From the NCBI GenBank assembly GCA_964619035.1, contig CAZUBX010000005.1, positions 2,643 through 66,642 on the forward strand: a stretch of 64,000 nucleotides of DNA. The letters run 5' to 3'. Positions within the stretch are counted from its first letter, which is position 1; each line of letters begins with the position of its first letter. Below, piece after piece: positions 44,716 to 53,690 of this stretch. The notes under the pieces were generated by a model. That model saw nothing but the letters and a program-made list of their open reading frames with translations, was not told where the DNA came from and did not search any database. Source of the DNA: an uncultured Syntrophaceae bacterium (GTDB taxonomy: Bacteria > Desulfobacterota > Syntrophia > Syntrophales > UBA2192). The position numbers and the translations under genes were made by a program.

Positions 44716-44973
44716 ATGGAAACAAACCTCATTGCAAAGCAAACCCTTCAGCTCTATCATGCCGCGCTTACACAGACTCTCGACGCAACATTGGCCGTCC
44801 AGGACCAGTCGCAGAAGGCGCTCGAGAGCCTGCTGGATCAGACACCGGGAATCCCCGCAGAGGGTAGGCGGGCGATCAACGATTGGATCGAGGCCTGCCG
44901 CCATCAGACGGAAGCCGTGAAAAGCGTTATCGACGAGGGGCTCAGGCCCTTTAATCTCTCTTGCGAGGAGTAA
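44716..44973 (+). CDS. small phasin-like protein, paralog 1 (85 aa)
   Basis: Aligns by eye with the proteins at 46849 and 47155 (LQ.QSQK......DQT.G.P.EG+.A...WI......). ggagg lies 8 nt before ATG 44716. Confidence 0.6.
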   Translation: METNLIAKQTLQLYHAALTQTLDATLAVQDQSQKALESLLDQTPGIPAEGRRAINDWIEACRHQTEAVKSVIDEGLRPFNLSCEE

Positions 44974-45046
44974 CCGTCGCAGGGTCTTCGTACGACCACT
45001 CTGTACCGATTACGCACCACGACACCCGAAAAGCGGAGGAATCCTC

Positions 45047-46435
45047 ATGCCCAATACCATCAACACGCTAGCCCCGACAGTCGCCGCATCCATGAAGTCC
45101 GTCCGGTCCTCGCTCGAGATGTCCGCCGACGCGGTCGTCCTTGGCAACGCCTGGTCCCTGCCCTGGCTCGACTCGCTCAACGCCGCCAGCAGTATCGGCA
45201 TGGAGATGTGGCGGTTTCTCCTCACCGGAACGCCTGTCGAGCGTCCTGTCAAGGTCCTGGCGGACAGCCTCGAAGGCATGGAACGGGGGATGGCCAAGGC
45301 CATGGCGGACGTGCTCTCCTTTCCTGCCAAACGCTATGAGCGCAAACGCCACGGCGAGTCTGAATTTCTGAAGCTCTTCTGCGAGGCCCCCCCCTGCCAG
45401 TGCTTTGACGAGCAGGGAGCCGTTCTCGCAGATCTCCCCGGCATGCGCCTGATCGACATCTCCAGGGACGAGGCCCATCGTATCCAGAACTACACCGTCG
45501 TCTTTGCCCCGCGGGCCGGGCACCACTCCAACATCGCCGAGCGCGTCGCCCTCTATATGCGAGACCATGGGCTCACCCGCATGGCGATCGTGGAGCAGAA
45601 ATGCGCCCAGGAGATCCCCCTCTACGTGGGTGAAGAGAGGCATCACGAGGGGTTTGACGGGCAGGTGGAGCAGTACCGTACGATCCTCGAGATCCTGAAA
45701 GAGAAAACGGGGCAACCGGCGCATCTGGTGGCCGTCTGCCAGCCGGGCCCTCTTCTGATGGCAACACTCATCCTGAACCCTCACCTGGGAAGAACCTTCG
45801 GCTCCGCGGGGGCGCCCATGAACACGGATGCCGAAAAGGGGTTCCTCTCCGATTTCGCGCGGGCCATGGGCGAGCCCTACATCGATCTGCTCACCCGGGC
45901 ACTGGGAAGCCGGGTCCCGGAAGGTCTGCCCGGTGAAGGCCGTGCAATCTACGACGGCCGCCTGCAGGTCCTCGGCTTCTACATCCTGGGCATGCCCCAG
46001 CACTATGATAATCTGAAAAAGCTCCTCACGGATCTCCGGGACGGCAACGAGGAAACCGCCGGCCGCCAGATGGCCTTCTACCAGTGGTACAACTACAGCC
46101 ATGATTTCCCTGCGAGCTTCCTGAGGGACACCTTCAAAAAGGTTTTTGTCCGCAACGAGCTGATCCGCGGCACGATGACGATCCAGGGCAGGCGGATCGG
46201 GGTGAAGGACTACCCTGCATCGGTCCCCATATGGGCCCTGGGCGGCACGCAGGACAACATCGCCCCCTGCGGCCAGGCCATCGGCCACGTGGAGCTCATC
46301 GAGGGAGTTGCGCCGGAGGACAGGCTCGTCCTTTGCTGCGATGCCGGCCACATGGGACTGTTCCGGTCCGGCAGGGTGCTCGACACCTACTACAGCCAGA
46401 TCGCCCGCTTTCTCATGGAGCGCAGCGACCGGTAA
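45047..46435 (+). CDS. phaZ: intracellular PHB/PHA depolymerase (PhaZ, Cys-nucleophile type)
   Basis: VFAPRAGHH and HLVAVCQPGPLLMA match the APLSGHH and ISVCQPTVPVLAA motifs of Ralstonia PhaZ1 as I recall them. Confidence 0.7.
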   Translation: MPNTINTLAPTVAASMKSVRSSLEMSADAVVLGNAWSLPWLDSLNAASSIGMEMWRFLLTGTPVERPVKVLADSLEGMERGMAKAMADVLSFPAKRYERKRHGESEFLKLFCEAPPCQCFDEQGAVLADLPGMRLIDISRDEAHRIQNYTVVFAPRAGHHSNIAERVALYMRDHGLTRMAIVEQKCAQEIPLYVGEERHHEGFDGQVEQYRTILEILKEKTGQPAHLVAVCQPGPLLMATLILNPHLGRTFGSAGAPMNTDAEKGFLSDFARAMGEPYIDLLTRALGSRVPEGLPGEGRAIYDGRLQVLGFYILGMPQHYDNLKKLLTDLRDGNEETAGRQMAFYQWYNYSHDFPASFLRDTFKKVFVRNELIRGTMTIQGRRIGVKDYPASVPIWALGGTQDNIAPCGQAIGHVELIEGVAPEDRLVLCCDAGHMGLFRSGRVLDTYYSQIARFLMERSDR

Positions 46436-46759
46436 GTTGCGCCCTTTTTCGTTGCCATGCAGCACCGGTTTCATGTATGCTTGCTATGGGAACGGCAGCG
46501 ATCGCTTGATGTTGCACTGCACTTGCGCCAGCCCGCTTCTGCGTGTACGCTTTTCTCGCCCTTCACGCTCATTCTCGACCGTTGCTGCACGAGACTTCCT
46601 GCCTGCCCCGTTCTCCGAGCCGATTGAGTGCAAGGCCGCGTCGCATGTCACAGTGCGACATAAACCGACATGAAAAGAGAAATTAATTCGGCATATATTC
46701 AAATAACATATTGAAATAATATGTAATTAATGAAATGCAGCCTCCGGGCAAATCTTTTT

Positions 46760-46772
46760 GTTGCAATGCAAC
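46760..46772. promoter_or_regulatory. candidate PhaR operator (palindrome)
   Basis: GTTGCA-A-TGCAAC palindrome, 8 nt upstream of the -35 box. Confidence 0.4.
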
Positions 46773-46780
46773 ATTTTTAC

Positions 46781-46809
46781 TTGACAAGCCGCCACGGGTG
46801 TAATATATT
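46781..46809 (+). promoter_or_regulatory. sigma70-like promoter of the phasin/PHA synthase operon
   Basis: TTGACA-17 nt-TATATT, 40 nt before ATG 46849. Confidence 0.55.
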
Positions 46810-46848
46810 CGCTTTACAAATTTTAATTCACCCAAGGAGGAATTACCC

Positions 46849-47124
46849 ATGGACCCGAAGAAAGTAACCCAGCAGACCTTTGATTTCTACAAGTCAACCT
46901 TCGAGAACACCTACAACGCCATGAACATGCTCCAGGAGCAGAGCCAGAAGATGGTCGAGATGTACCTGGGCCAGACGCAGGGTTTCCCCGAGGAAGGCAA
47001 GAAGGCCGTGCAGGAGTGGATCAAGGCCTACAAGAAGGGCGGCCAGGAATTCAAGTCCGCCGTGGACGAGAGCTTCAAGAAGGTTGAGGACTTCTTCGTC
47101 GAGGCGGCGAAGGCCGCGAAGTAA
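46849..47124 (+). CDS. small phasin-like protein, paralog 2 (91 aa)
   Basis: Strong RBS aaggagg. Helical, Lys/Glu-rich. Paralogous to the proteins at 44716 and 47155. Confidence 0.7.
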   Translation: MDPKKVTQQTFDFYKSTFENTYNAMNMLQEQSQKMVEMYLGQTQGFPEEGKKAVQEWIKAYKKGGQEFKSAVDESFKKVEDFFVEAAKAAK

Positions 47125-47154
47125 CCCCCAGATCCGTCAAGGAGGGATGACAAG

Positions 47155-47418
47155 ATGCAGCCCAAAGACATGCTCAAGCAGATGATCGATTTCAACAAGG
47201 CCGCTTACGAGAATGCCTTCAAGAACATGAACATGCTCCAGGAGCAGATGGAGAAGGTGATCAACACCTCCATCGACCAGACCGCGGGCATGTCCGACGA
47301 AGGCAAAAAGGCCGCAAAAGAGTGGTCATCGATGTACAAGAAGGGCTTCGACGACTTCAAGAAGCTCGTCGACGACAACTTCAAGAAGATGGATTCCTTC
47401 TTCCAAGAAAAGAAATGA
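47155..47418 (+). CDS. small phasin-like protein, paralog 3 (87 aa)
   Basis: RBS aaggaggg. NMNMLQEQ and EGKKA..EW motifs shared with paralog 2. Confidence 0.7.
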   Translation: MQPKDMLKQMIDFNKAAYENAFKNMNMLQEQMEKVINTSIDQTAGMSDEGKKAAKEWSSMYKKGFDDFKKLVDDNFKKMDSFFQEKK

Positions 47419-47440
47419 GAAGAAGTGAGAAGAAGTAAAT
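47415..47440 (+). repeat. 10-nt-period array (GAGAAGAAGT)
   Basis: atgagaagaagtgagaagaagtaaat, spanning the stop codon of paralog 3. Confidence 0.6.
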
Positions 47441-47483
47441 ACAGGTTCGGGGACCCGGATCGATCTGAAGGAGGATGGGGTCG

Positions 47484-49067
47484 ATGATGTATCCGTTCGT
47501 GCACGTTCCTTCGAAGGACCTCGTGGGGTCCCTTCTCAACCTGCCGCTCAAGCCCGCCCAGGTGGGCCTGAAGATGGTCCTGTCCTCGGCGGAGATGGTG
47601 AAGACCTCGCAGACTTACGCAAACGGGGTCTTCAGCTACTATTTCGACTTCATGGCTCCGTACTGGGTGGCGCTCAACTCCTTCCAGCGCACCGAGAAGA
47701 CAAAGCTCGTAAAGCACCAGCCGCATGAGACGGCCCAGGATTACCTCGAGCTCCTGCATTTCAACATGGAGATCGCCCGGAAGGGTTTTCTCAGCACCGT
47801 GCGCTCGATGAACCAGTTTCACGCCCGCGAGATGCAGAGGCGGCATTCCGCGTGGCTCAATACCCTGTTTGACCGTGAGGGAGAGGATATCTCCGAACAT
47901 GCGGAGCGCCTCTCCCACCTCGTGAAACTGATCATGCACCAGTACCCGAAGGCCATTCAGGACATCGAGCCTCATTTCGGTTTCCACTTCGACGACGGCG
48001 GGTACGTGAAGGCGGCCGAGACGGACCGGTTCACCCTCTACCAGGTCCTTCCCTGGAAGAAGTGCACGGAGGTCCGGCAGAACGGAAAGCCCGTTCTCAT
48101 CATCCCGCCCTATGTGCTCGGGGCGTCGATCCTCGGCTTTCTGCCCGGCGAGAACAAGAGCTACTCCCACTGCTTCGCCAACCAGGGCATCCCGACGTAC
48201 ATCCGCATCATGAAGGACATCAACGAAAACCCGGCCGTCCAGACCATGACGGGCGAGGATGACTGCCTCGACATGAAACATTTCTGCGAGGTCATCCGCG
48301 AGCGCCACGGCAAGCCGGTGACCCTGAACGGCTTCTGCCAGGGCGGGTTCGTTGCGGCTCTCAACCTCATGTCCGGCGAGCTCGACGGCCTCGTGGATGC
48401 CTTCATCACCTGTGTGGCGCCCATGGACGGCACCCGCAGCAAGGCCCTCGTGGAATACCTCGAGCACATACCGGCCCGCTTCCGCGACCTCGGCTATGCC
48501 GGCAAGACGCTGCCCAATGGCAACCGGATCGTCGACGGCAAGGTAATGAGCTGGGTGTACAAACTCAAGAGCATGGAGCGTGAAGCCCCCATCTTCACCT
48601 ACTACCGCGACCTCATGATGTTCAACCGCCCGGACATGGAAAACATCAAGATCACCCCTACGGCCGCGGCCCTCAACTACTGGCTCATCTATGAGCGCAA
48701 CGACCTGCCCATCGGCATTACCCAGCTGAGCTTCGATTCCTTCACCAAGCCGATCGCAAAGGACGGCACACTGCCGGTGACCCTCTTCGGAAGGCCCCTG
48801 AACTTCAAGCGACTCAAGGAGAAGGGCATCAAGTGGCTTCTGTGCTATGCCGAGGAGGATGACCTGATCGACCGGGAAGCGGCGCTGGCGCCTGCGGATT
48901 TCATCGACGTCGAGGTAACCGTGTTCCCCAAGGGGCATGGCGCCATTGCCACGTCCTGGTCCCTGCCGACCTCCGAGTGCGCCCTGCACAGGCGCTTCAA
49001 AGACGGATACCGCGGACCCGTCCGCTACCAGCTCGACCTCGACGGCTTGACCGAAGGCTTCACCTGA
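47484..49067 (+). CDS. PhaC-like alpha/beta-hydrolase (long PHA synthase paralog, 527 aa)
   Basis: Lipase-box-like GFCQGG with Cys nucleophile, preceded by PVLIIPPYV. ATG at 47484 lies 9 nt after gaaggagg. Confidence 0.65.
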   Translation: MMYPFVHVPSKDLVGSLLNLPLKPAQVGLKMVLSSAEMVKTSQTYANGVFSYYFDFMAPYWVALNSFQRTEKTKLVKHQPHETAQDYLELLHFNMEIARKGFLSTVRSMNQFHAREMQRRHSAWLNTLFDREGEDISEHAERLSHLVKLIMHQYPKAIQDIEPHFGFHFDDGGYVKAAETDRFTLYQVLPWKKCTEVRQNGKPVLIIPPYVLGASILGFLPGENKSYSHCFANQGIPTYIRIMKDINENPAVQTMTGEDDCLDMKHFCEVIRERHGKPVTLNGFCQGGFVAALNLMSGELDGLVDAFITCVAPMDGTRSKALVEYLEHIPARFRDLGYAGKTLPNGNRIVDGKVMSWVYKLKSMEREAPIFTYYRDLMMFNRPDMENIKITPTAAALNYWLIYERNDLPIGITQLSFDSFTKPIAKDGTLPVTLFGRPLNFKRLKEKGIKWLLCYAEEDDLIDREAALAPADFIDVEVTVFPKGHGAIATSWSLPTSECALHRRFKDGYRGPVRYQLDLDGLTEGFT

Positions 49068-49148
49068 GACGGCAAAAAAAAGCCCCGGGCGTGACCCGGG
49101 CACAATTTCTGCAGTCCAAACTCCCTAAAAAATAAGGAGGAACGGACC

Positions 49149-49694
49149 ATGGACAGGAAATTTCTCGAATTCTGGGGAAACGCTCTGCTCAATGCCGCCA
49201 AGGGACAGGAGCAGGTCGAAAACCTGAACCGCCTGGCCCGGGATGGATTCAAGACCTTCGAGCAGCAGTTGAGCCTTTTCCAGAAGCTCTATGACCTCGA
49301 CAAAAAGCCCGACCCCAAAAAACCCGACCCCGCCATCCCCTATGCGGACATGTGGGCAAAGGCCGCCTCGGATTTCACGAAGTCCTACCAGGAATTTCTC
49401 GGGTTCATGGGGGTGGTGCCGCGGGAAGACTACGAAGCGCTTTCCAAGGAACACGAGGCCCTGAAAAATAAGTTCGCCGCCCTCGAGGAAAAACTTCGCC
49501 ACGGCAGGGCAAAATCCGCCGGCAAAGAGATCGATCCCTCCGAGGTCGTCAAGGGGTTCGAGGGGCTCATGAAAGAGCAGGCGGAGCAATTTCAGGCCCT
49601 GATGGCATCCTACGGCAAGCTGTACGAGGAAAAGAAACCCGCCAAGAAGTCAACCGAACCCCATCCCCCCGAACAGCCGAGCAAGAAAGGTTAG
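49149..49694 (+). CDS. hypothetical coiled-coil protein, probably granule-associated (181 aa)
   Basis: RBS aaggagg. Helical Lys/Glu-rich sequence with a PDPKKPDP linker, immediately upstream of phaE. No family recognised. Confidence 0.5.
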   Translation: MDRKFLEFWGNALLNAAKGQEQVENLNRLARDGFKTFEQQLSLFQKLYDLDKKPDPKKPDPAIPYADMWAKAASDFTKSYQEFLGFMGVVPREDYEALSKEHEALKNKFAALEEKLRHGRAKSAGKEIDPSEVVKGFEGLMKEQAEQFQALMASYGKLYEEKKPAKKSTEPHPPEQPSKKG

Positions 49695-50594
49695 ATGATG
49701 AGCGAAAAGGAAAAGACATCGGACGTCACGCAGAATGTTGTGTTCGAAGACTGGGTCAAAGGCCAGGTCGGCGCCTGGGAGGATGCGATGAAGCAGACGG
49801 CCCAGGTCTGGCAGGCCCCCTCGGCCAATGGGGAGCCCGGGAAGGGACCGAATCCCGAGGAAGTCGGGAAGGGACTTTTCGAATTTTTCCAGGCCCTTTC
49901 CTCCATGGCCGGCACGCCGAAGCCCGGGGACTTCCAGTCCGCGAAATCCGTCCCGGACATGATGCTCAAGATGCTTCAGCCGCTCTGGGGGTATTCCATC
50001 AAGATCCAGAAGCAGTGGGCGGAGATGACGGGAGCCACGGCCACGGGAGAGCCCGAGAACATGGCGGAGCTCATGAAGCAGATGACGAAATCCTTTTACG
50101 ATTCGCAGGGGGAGGATTTCCGGAAGATCCTGAACGTTCCCCAGCTGGGCCTGAATCGCTACTACCAGGAACGCTCCAACAAGGCGATCGAGAAGGCGTC
50201 GGAGTTCCAGTCGGCCCTGACGGAGTTTCTGCAGATGCTCATGATCCCCCTGGAAAAGGCCCACTACGGCGTCCAGGAGGAAATCGCCAAGATGGAGAAG
50301 GAGGGCAAGGCGGCGATCAAGGATTCCAAGGCCCTCTACCAGCTCTGGATTCAGAAGCTCGAAGATCACTACATGGCGCTGCTGCGATCCGACGAGTACA
50401 TGAACACGCTCCGGGGAACGCTCAATTCCCTGCATGATTTCCGGGCGGCCCGGGCGGAGTATTTCATGGATCAGTTGCAGAATCTGCCCATCCCGACCAA
50501 CAAGGAGATGGACGAATTGTACAAGGATCTGTACCTCCTGAAAAAGAGGGTCAAGGAGCTCGAGAGGAAGGTGAAGCGAGATGCAAAGCGATAA
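49695..50594 (+). CDS. phaE: class III PHA synthase subunit PhaE
   Basis: LGLNRYYQER and C-terminal LPIPTNKEMDELYKDLYLLKKRVKELE match the PhaE pattern. The position directly before phaC also fits. Confidence 0.75.
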   Translation: MMSEKEKTSDVTQNVVFEDWVKGQVGAWEDAMKQTAQVWQAPSANGEPGKGPNPEEVGKGLFEFFQALSSMAGTPKPGDFQSAKSVPDMMLKMLQPLWGYSIKIQKQWAEMTGATATGEPENMAELMKQMTKSFYDSQGEDFRKILNVPQLGLNRYYQERSNKAIEKASEFQSALTEFLQMLMIPLEKAHYGVQEEIAKMEKEGKAAIKDSKALYQLWIQKLEDHYMALLRSDEYMNTLRGTLNSLHDFRAARAEYFMDQLQNLPIPTNKEMDELYKDLYLLKKRVKELERKVKRDAKR

Positions 50595-51777
50595 GAAGCC
50601 CCAACTCTCCGAAATGATGGCGCCCTACATCATGGCGGGCGAGCTGATCATGGCTCGCGTGGCCGGCGACACGGCGAAGTTCCACGATCAGGTGCGAAAG
50701 GCCAAGGAGGTCCTCCTGAGCCCGATGCAGACGGACATTGCCGTCACCCCCTACGACGTCGTCTGGGAGGAAGACCGCGTCAAGCTGAAGCACTACCGGC
50801 CCACGACGGAACCGTCGCTCAAGACGCCGCTTTTCATCGTCTACGCCCAGGTGAACCGGGAGACGATGCTCGATCTGCAGCCGGGCCGCAGCGTCGTGGA
50901 GACCTTCCTTGCCGCCGGCCTCGACATCTACATGCTTGACTGGTGGTACCCGACCCGCAAGGACCGCTACCTCACCCTCGACGATCACGTCAACGGCTAC
51001 ATCGACGGTGCCGTCGATTTCATCCTGGAAAAACACGGCATCGATCAGCTCAACATGATGGCGATCTGCCAGGGCGGAACCATGAGCGTCATGTACGCGG
51101 CGCTGCACCCGGAAAAGGTCAAGAACCTGATCCTGACGGTGACGCCGACAAACTTCGACCACGACGCGGGACTGCTCAACGTGTGGGCCCGCTCGCTCGA
51201 TCCGGACAAGCTGGTCGCGTCCTACGGGAACATCCCCGGCGATATCATGAACCTGGGGTTTTTGCTTCTCAACCCGGCACGGCTCATGATCGACAAGTAC
51301 GTGGGGCTTCTGGAAAACATCGACAGCAAGGACTTCGTGGAGAACTTCGTCCGCATGGAGCGCTGGATCTTCGACAGCCCCGATCTGCCCGGGGAAACCT
51401 TCCGGGAGTTCCTTCAATGGATGTTCCGGGAGAACCGGCTCATCAAGAACGAGCTCGTCCTGGGCGGGAAAAAGGTGGACCTGAAGAACATCACCATGCC
51501 GGTGCTCAACATCTACGGCAAGTACGACCACCTCGTGCCGCCAGCAGCCTGCGATCAGACCACGAGCAAGATCGGCAGCACCGACAAGGAGGACCTCTGC
51601 CTCGACACGGGGCACATCGGCATCTACGTGAGCTCCAAGATGCAGAGACAGTTCGGCCCCAAGATCATCCGGTGGCTCACGGAACGCGATGAGGCGCCGG
51701 AGCCGGTAAACGATGCACCGAAAAAGAATGCCGCAAAAAAGGGAAAGGCCGGGCAAACGGCCGTGAAGGGATCCTGA
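50581..51777 (+). CDS. phaC: class III PHA synthase catalytic subunit PhaC
   Basis: MLDWWYP, the AICQGG lipase box with Cys, and a downstream Asp/His region (YGKYDHLVP, GHIG). 14-nt overlap with phaE. Confidence 0.85.
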   Translation: MQSDKKPQLSEMMAPYIMAGELIMARVAGDTAKFHDQVRKAKEVLLSPMQTDIAVTPYDVVWEEDRVKLKHYRPTTEPSLKTPLFIVYAQVNRETMLDLQPGRSVVETFLAAGLDIYMLDWWYPTRKDRYLTLDDHVNGYIDGAVDFILEKHGIDQLNMMAICQGGTMSVMYAALHPEKVKNLILTVTPTNFDHDAGLLNVWARSLDPDKLVASYGNIPGDIMNLGFLLLNPARLMIDKYVGLLENIDSKDFVENFVRMERWIFDSPDLPGETFREFLQWMFRENRLIKNELVLGGKKVDLKNITMPVLNIYGKYDHLVPPAACDQTTSKIGSTDKEDLCLDTGHIGIYVSSKMQRQFGPKIIRWLTERDEAPEPVNDAPKKNAAKKGKAGQTAVKGS

Positions 51778-51839
51778 AAAAGAGGGGAAAAGCCTTCAAC
51801 ACAGACTGAACCTATTCTGAAAGAAAGAGAGAGATAACT

Positions 51840-52889
51840 ATGAGCGAGCGAAATGACTACATCAAGGCGATCAGCACGGTCGGCCGGGCCCTGGGCACGA
51901 CGATCGAGCGGGACACGCTTCTGCAGATGATTGTGAAATCCGCCGTCGACACGATGGATGGCAAGGCGGCCTGCCTTTTCCTGGCCACCGACGAGACGAA
52001 AGACCAGTACGCTGCCGTAGCCCAGACGGGGCTCTCCAAGAGCTATGTCCACGCCGCGCCGAGCCGGATGCTGCCCGTCATGAAGATGCTCAAGAAGGAC
52101 GGGTTCATCCACTACCGGGACGCCGCGAAGGACGAGCGCGTCCAGAACAAGGATGCCAAGGTCAAGGAGGGGATCGGATCCATCCTCGTCGTCCCCGTCG
52201 TCGTGAGGGACGAGATGATGGGAAGCCTTGCCCTCTATACGGAAAATATCCGTGATTTTTCGGAGAAAGAGATCGAGTTCCTCACGGTGCTCGCCGAGCA
52301 GGGCGGAATGGCCATCGAGAAGGCCCATCTGATCGAGAAACTGCGGAACAATACGCGGATCTTTCGCGATATCGCGACACACATCACGGCCAGCACGGAC
52401 ATCAAGACGATCCTCCAGACCCTCACGGAGGACGTGGCGAAGGCCATCGGTGTCAAGGCGGCAACACTGCGCCTGCTCGATGACAACCGCGTAACACTTC
52501 GGCTTGCGGCAAGTATCGGCCTCTCGGAGAAATACCTGAAGAAGGGCCCCATCTCGGCGGAAAAGAGCATCGCCCAGGCCCTCCAGGGCAAGCCAGTGGT
52601 GGTGAAGGATGCCGCCACCGACGCCGGCGTCCAGTACCGCGACGAGAAAAAAGAGGAAGGCATCGTCACGATCCTCAGCGTCCCCATCAAAACCCGTGAA
52701 GAGGTGATCGGCGTGCTGCGCCTTTACAGCGCGACCGCCCGGGAGTTCACGGAGGACGACATCCAGTTCGTGACGGCCATCGCCTACATGGGCGGGGTGG
52801 CCATCCAGAACATGAGCCTGTTGTCGATGCTGAAGGATGACGTGAAGGATTTGAGAGACAACGTCTGGATCTTCAAAAGCTGGTTCTAG
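51840..52889 (+). CDS. tandem GAF-domain protein without an output domain
   Basis: Two GAF-like repeats (each ending ...IGVLRLYS / ...MGSLALYT..F..E.I.FL). No HTH, kinase or cyclase region. Confidence 0.7.
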   Translation: MSERNDYIKAISTVGRALGTTIERDTLLQMIVKSAVDTMDGKAACLFLATDETKDQYAAVAQTGLSKSYVHAAPSRMLPVMKMLKKDGFIHYRDAAKDERVQNKDAKVKEGIGSILVVPVVVRDEMMGSLALYTENIRDFSEKEIEFLTVLAEQGGMAIEKAHLIEKLRNNTRIFRDIATHITASTDIKTILQTLTEDVAKAIGVKAATLRLLDDNRVTLRLAASIGLSEKYLKKGPISAEKSIAQALQGKPVVVKDAATDAGVQYRDEKKEEGIVTILSVPIKTREEVIGVLRLYSATAREFTEDDIQFVTAIAYMGGVAIQNMSLLSMLKDDVKDLRDNVWIFKSWF

Positions 52890-52890
52890 C

Positions 52891-52937
52891 GGCTTCGCCG
52901 CAGGCTTCAGGCTTCAGGCTACAGGCTTCAGAAAAAA
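52891..52937 (+). repeat. heptamer array (CAGGCTT)x4-5
   Basis: ggcttcgccgcaggcttcaggcttcaggctacaggcttcagaaaaaaa, between the GAF gene and phaJ, with no hairpin module. Confidence 0.85.
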
Positions 52938-52954
52938 ACAAAAAGGGGGATAAC

Positions 52955-53383
52955 ATGCTCGGGAAGACGATTGACGAGATGAATGTGGGTGATGCGGCGG
53001 AAATGGCCAAGACCGTCACCGAAACGGACGTCTACCTCTTTGCCGGGATCACGGGGGACTTCAACCCTGCCCACATCAACGAGGCCTATGCAAAGAATAC
53101 CTTTTTCAAGGGCAGGATCGCTCACGGGATGCTCTCGGCGGGATTCATCTCGGCGGTGCTCGCCATGAAACTGCCCGGCCCGGGGACCATCTACCTGAGC
53201 CAGTTCATGGAATTCAAGGCTCCCGTGCGCATCGGCGACACTGTCACGGCCCGCGTGGAGGTCAAGGAAAAGGTGACGGAGAAAAACCGGGTGAAGCTCC
53301 GGACGACCTGCGTGAACCAGGACGGCACGCTGCTCGTGGATGGCGAAGCCCTGATCATGCCGCCCAAGGCACCCAAAAAGTAA
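52955..53383 (+). CDS. phaJ: (R)-specific enoyl-CoA hydratase (MaoC-like hot-dog)
   Basis: FAGITGDFNPAHIN and RIAHGM hydratase motif, 142 aa. Confidence 0.8.
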   Translation: MLGKTIDEMNVGDAAEMAKTVTETDVYLFAGITGDFNPAHINEAYAKNTFFKGRIAHGMLSAGFISAVLAMKLPGPGTIYLSQFMEFKAPVRIGDTVTARVEVKEKVTEKNRVKLRTTCVNQDGTLLVDGEALIMPPKAPKK

Positions 53384-53420
53384 TTTCTCCCTGTGTAGTT
53401 CTACCGCCTCCCTCTCTCGC

Positions 53421-53444
53421 CCCCCCGGGGATATCCCCGGGGGG
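53421..53444 (+). other. very stable GC-only hairpin after phaJ (no U-tract)
   Basis: ccccccgggg-atat-ccccgggggg, a 10-bp stem. Confidence 0.5.
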
Positions 53445-53690
53445 CAGCCTGCTTGAGCCCTGACATAAAACCCTTTGCCCGAAGTTCGAAAAAGTGTTAC
53501 GTTAGTTACAGTTATCCACTGTTCTGTTTTCGGCTTTTCCCGTTACGGCCTTACAAACTGCGGCAGGACACGACGCGACTTGACCGGGGAGATTTCCCCG
53601 GATGCAGTTGAGGCAAGTCCGACCCGTCGGACCCGTTCAGCGGTCAACACCCCTTTTAACCGATCACCCAACAAGCCAGGGCAGCATGCC

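Noticed and set aside
49074-49108. Hairpin cccggg-cgtga-cccggg after the long PhaC-like gene as a terminator
   Set aside because: The A-run lies upstream, but only a weak T-tract follows on the plus strand, and the next gene has a strong RBS 40 nt later. It is more likely an intra-operon structure than a terminator.
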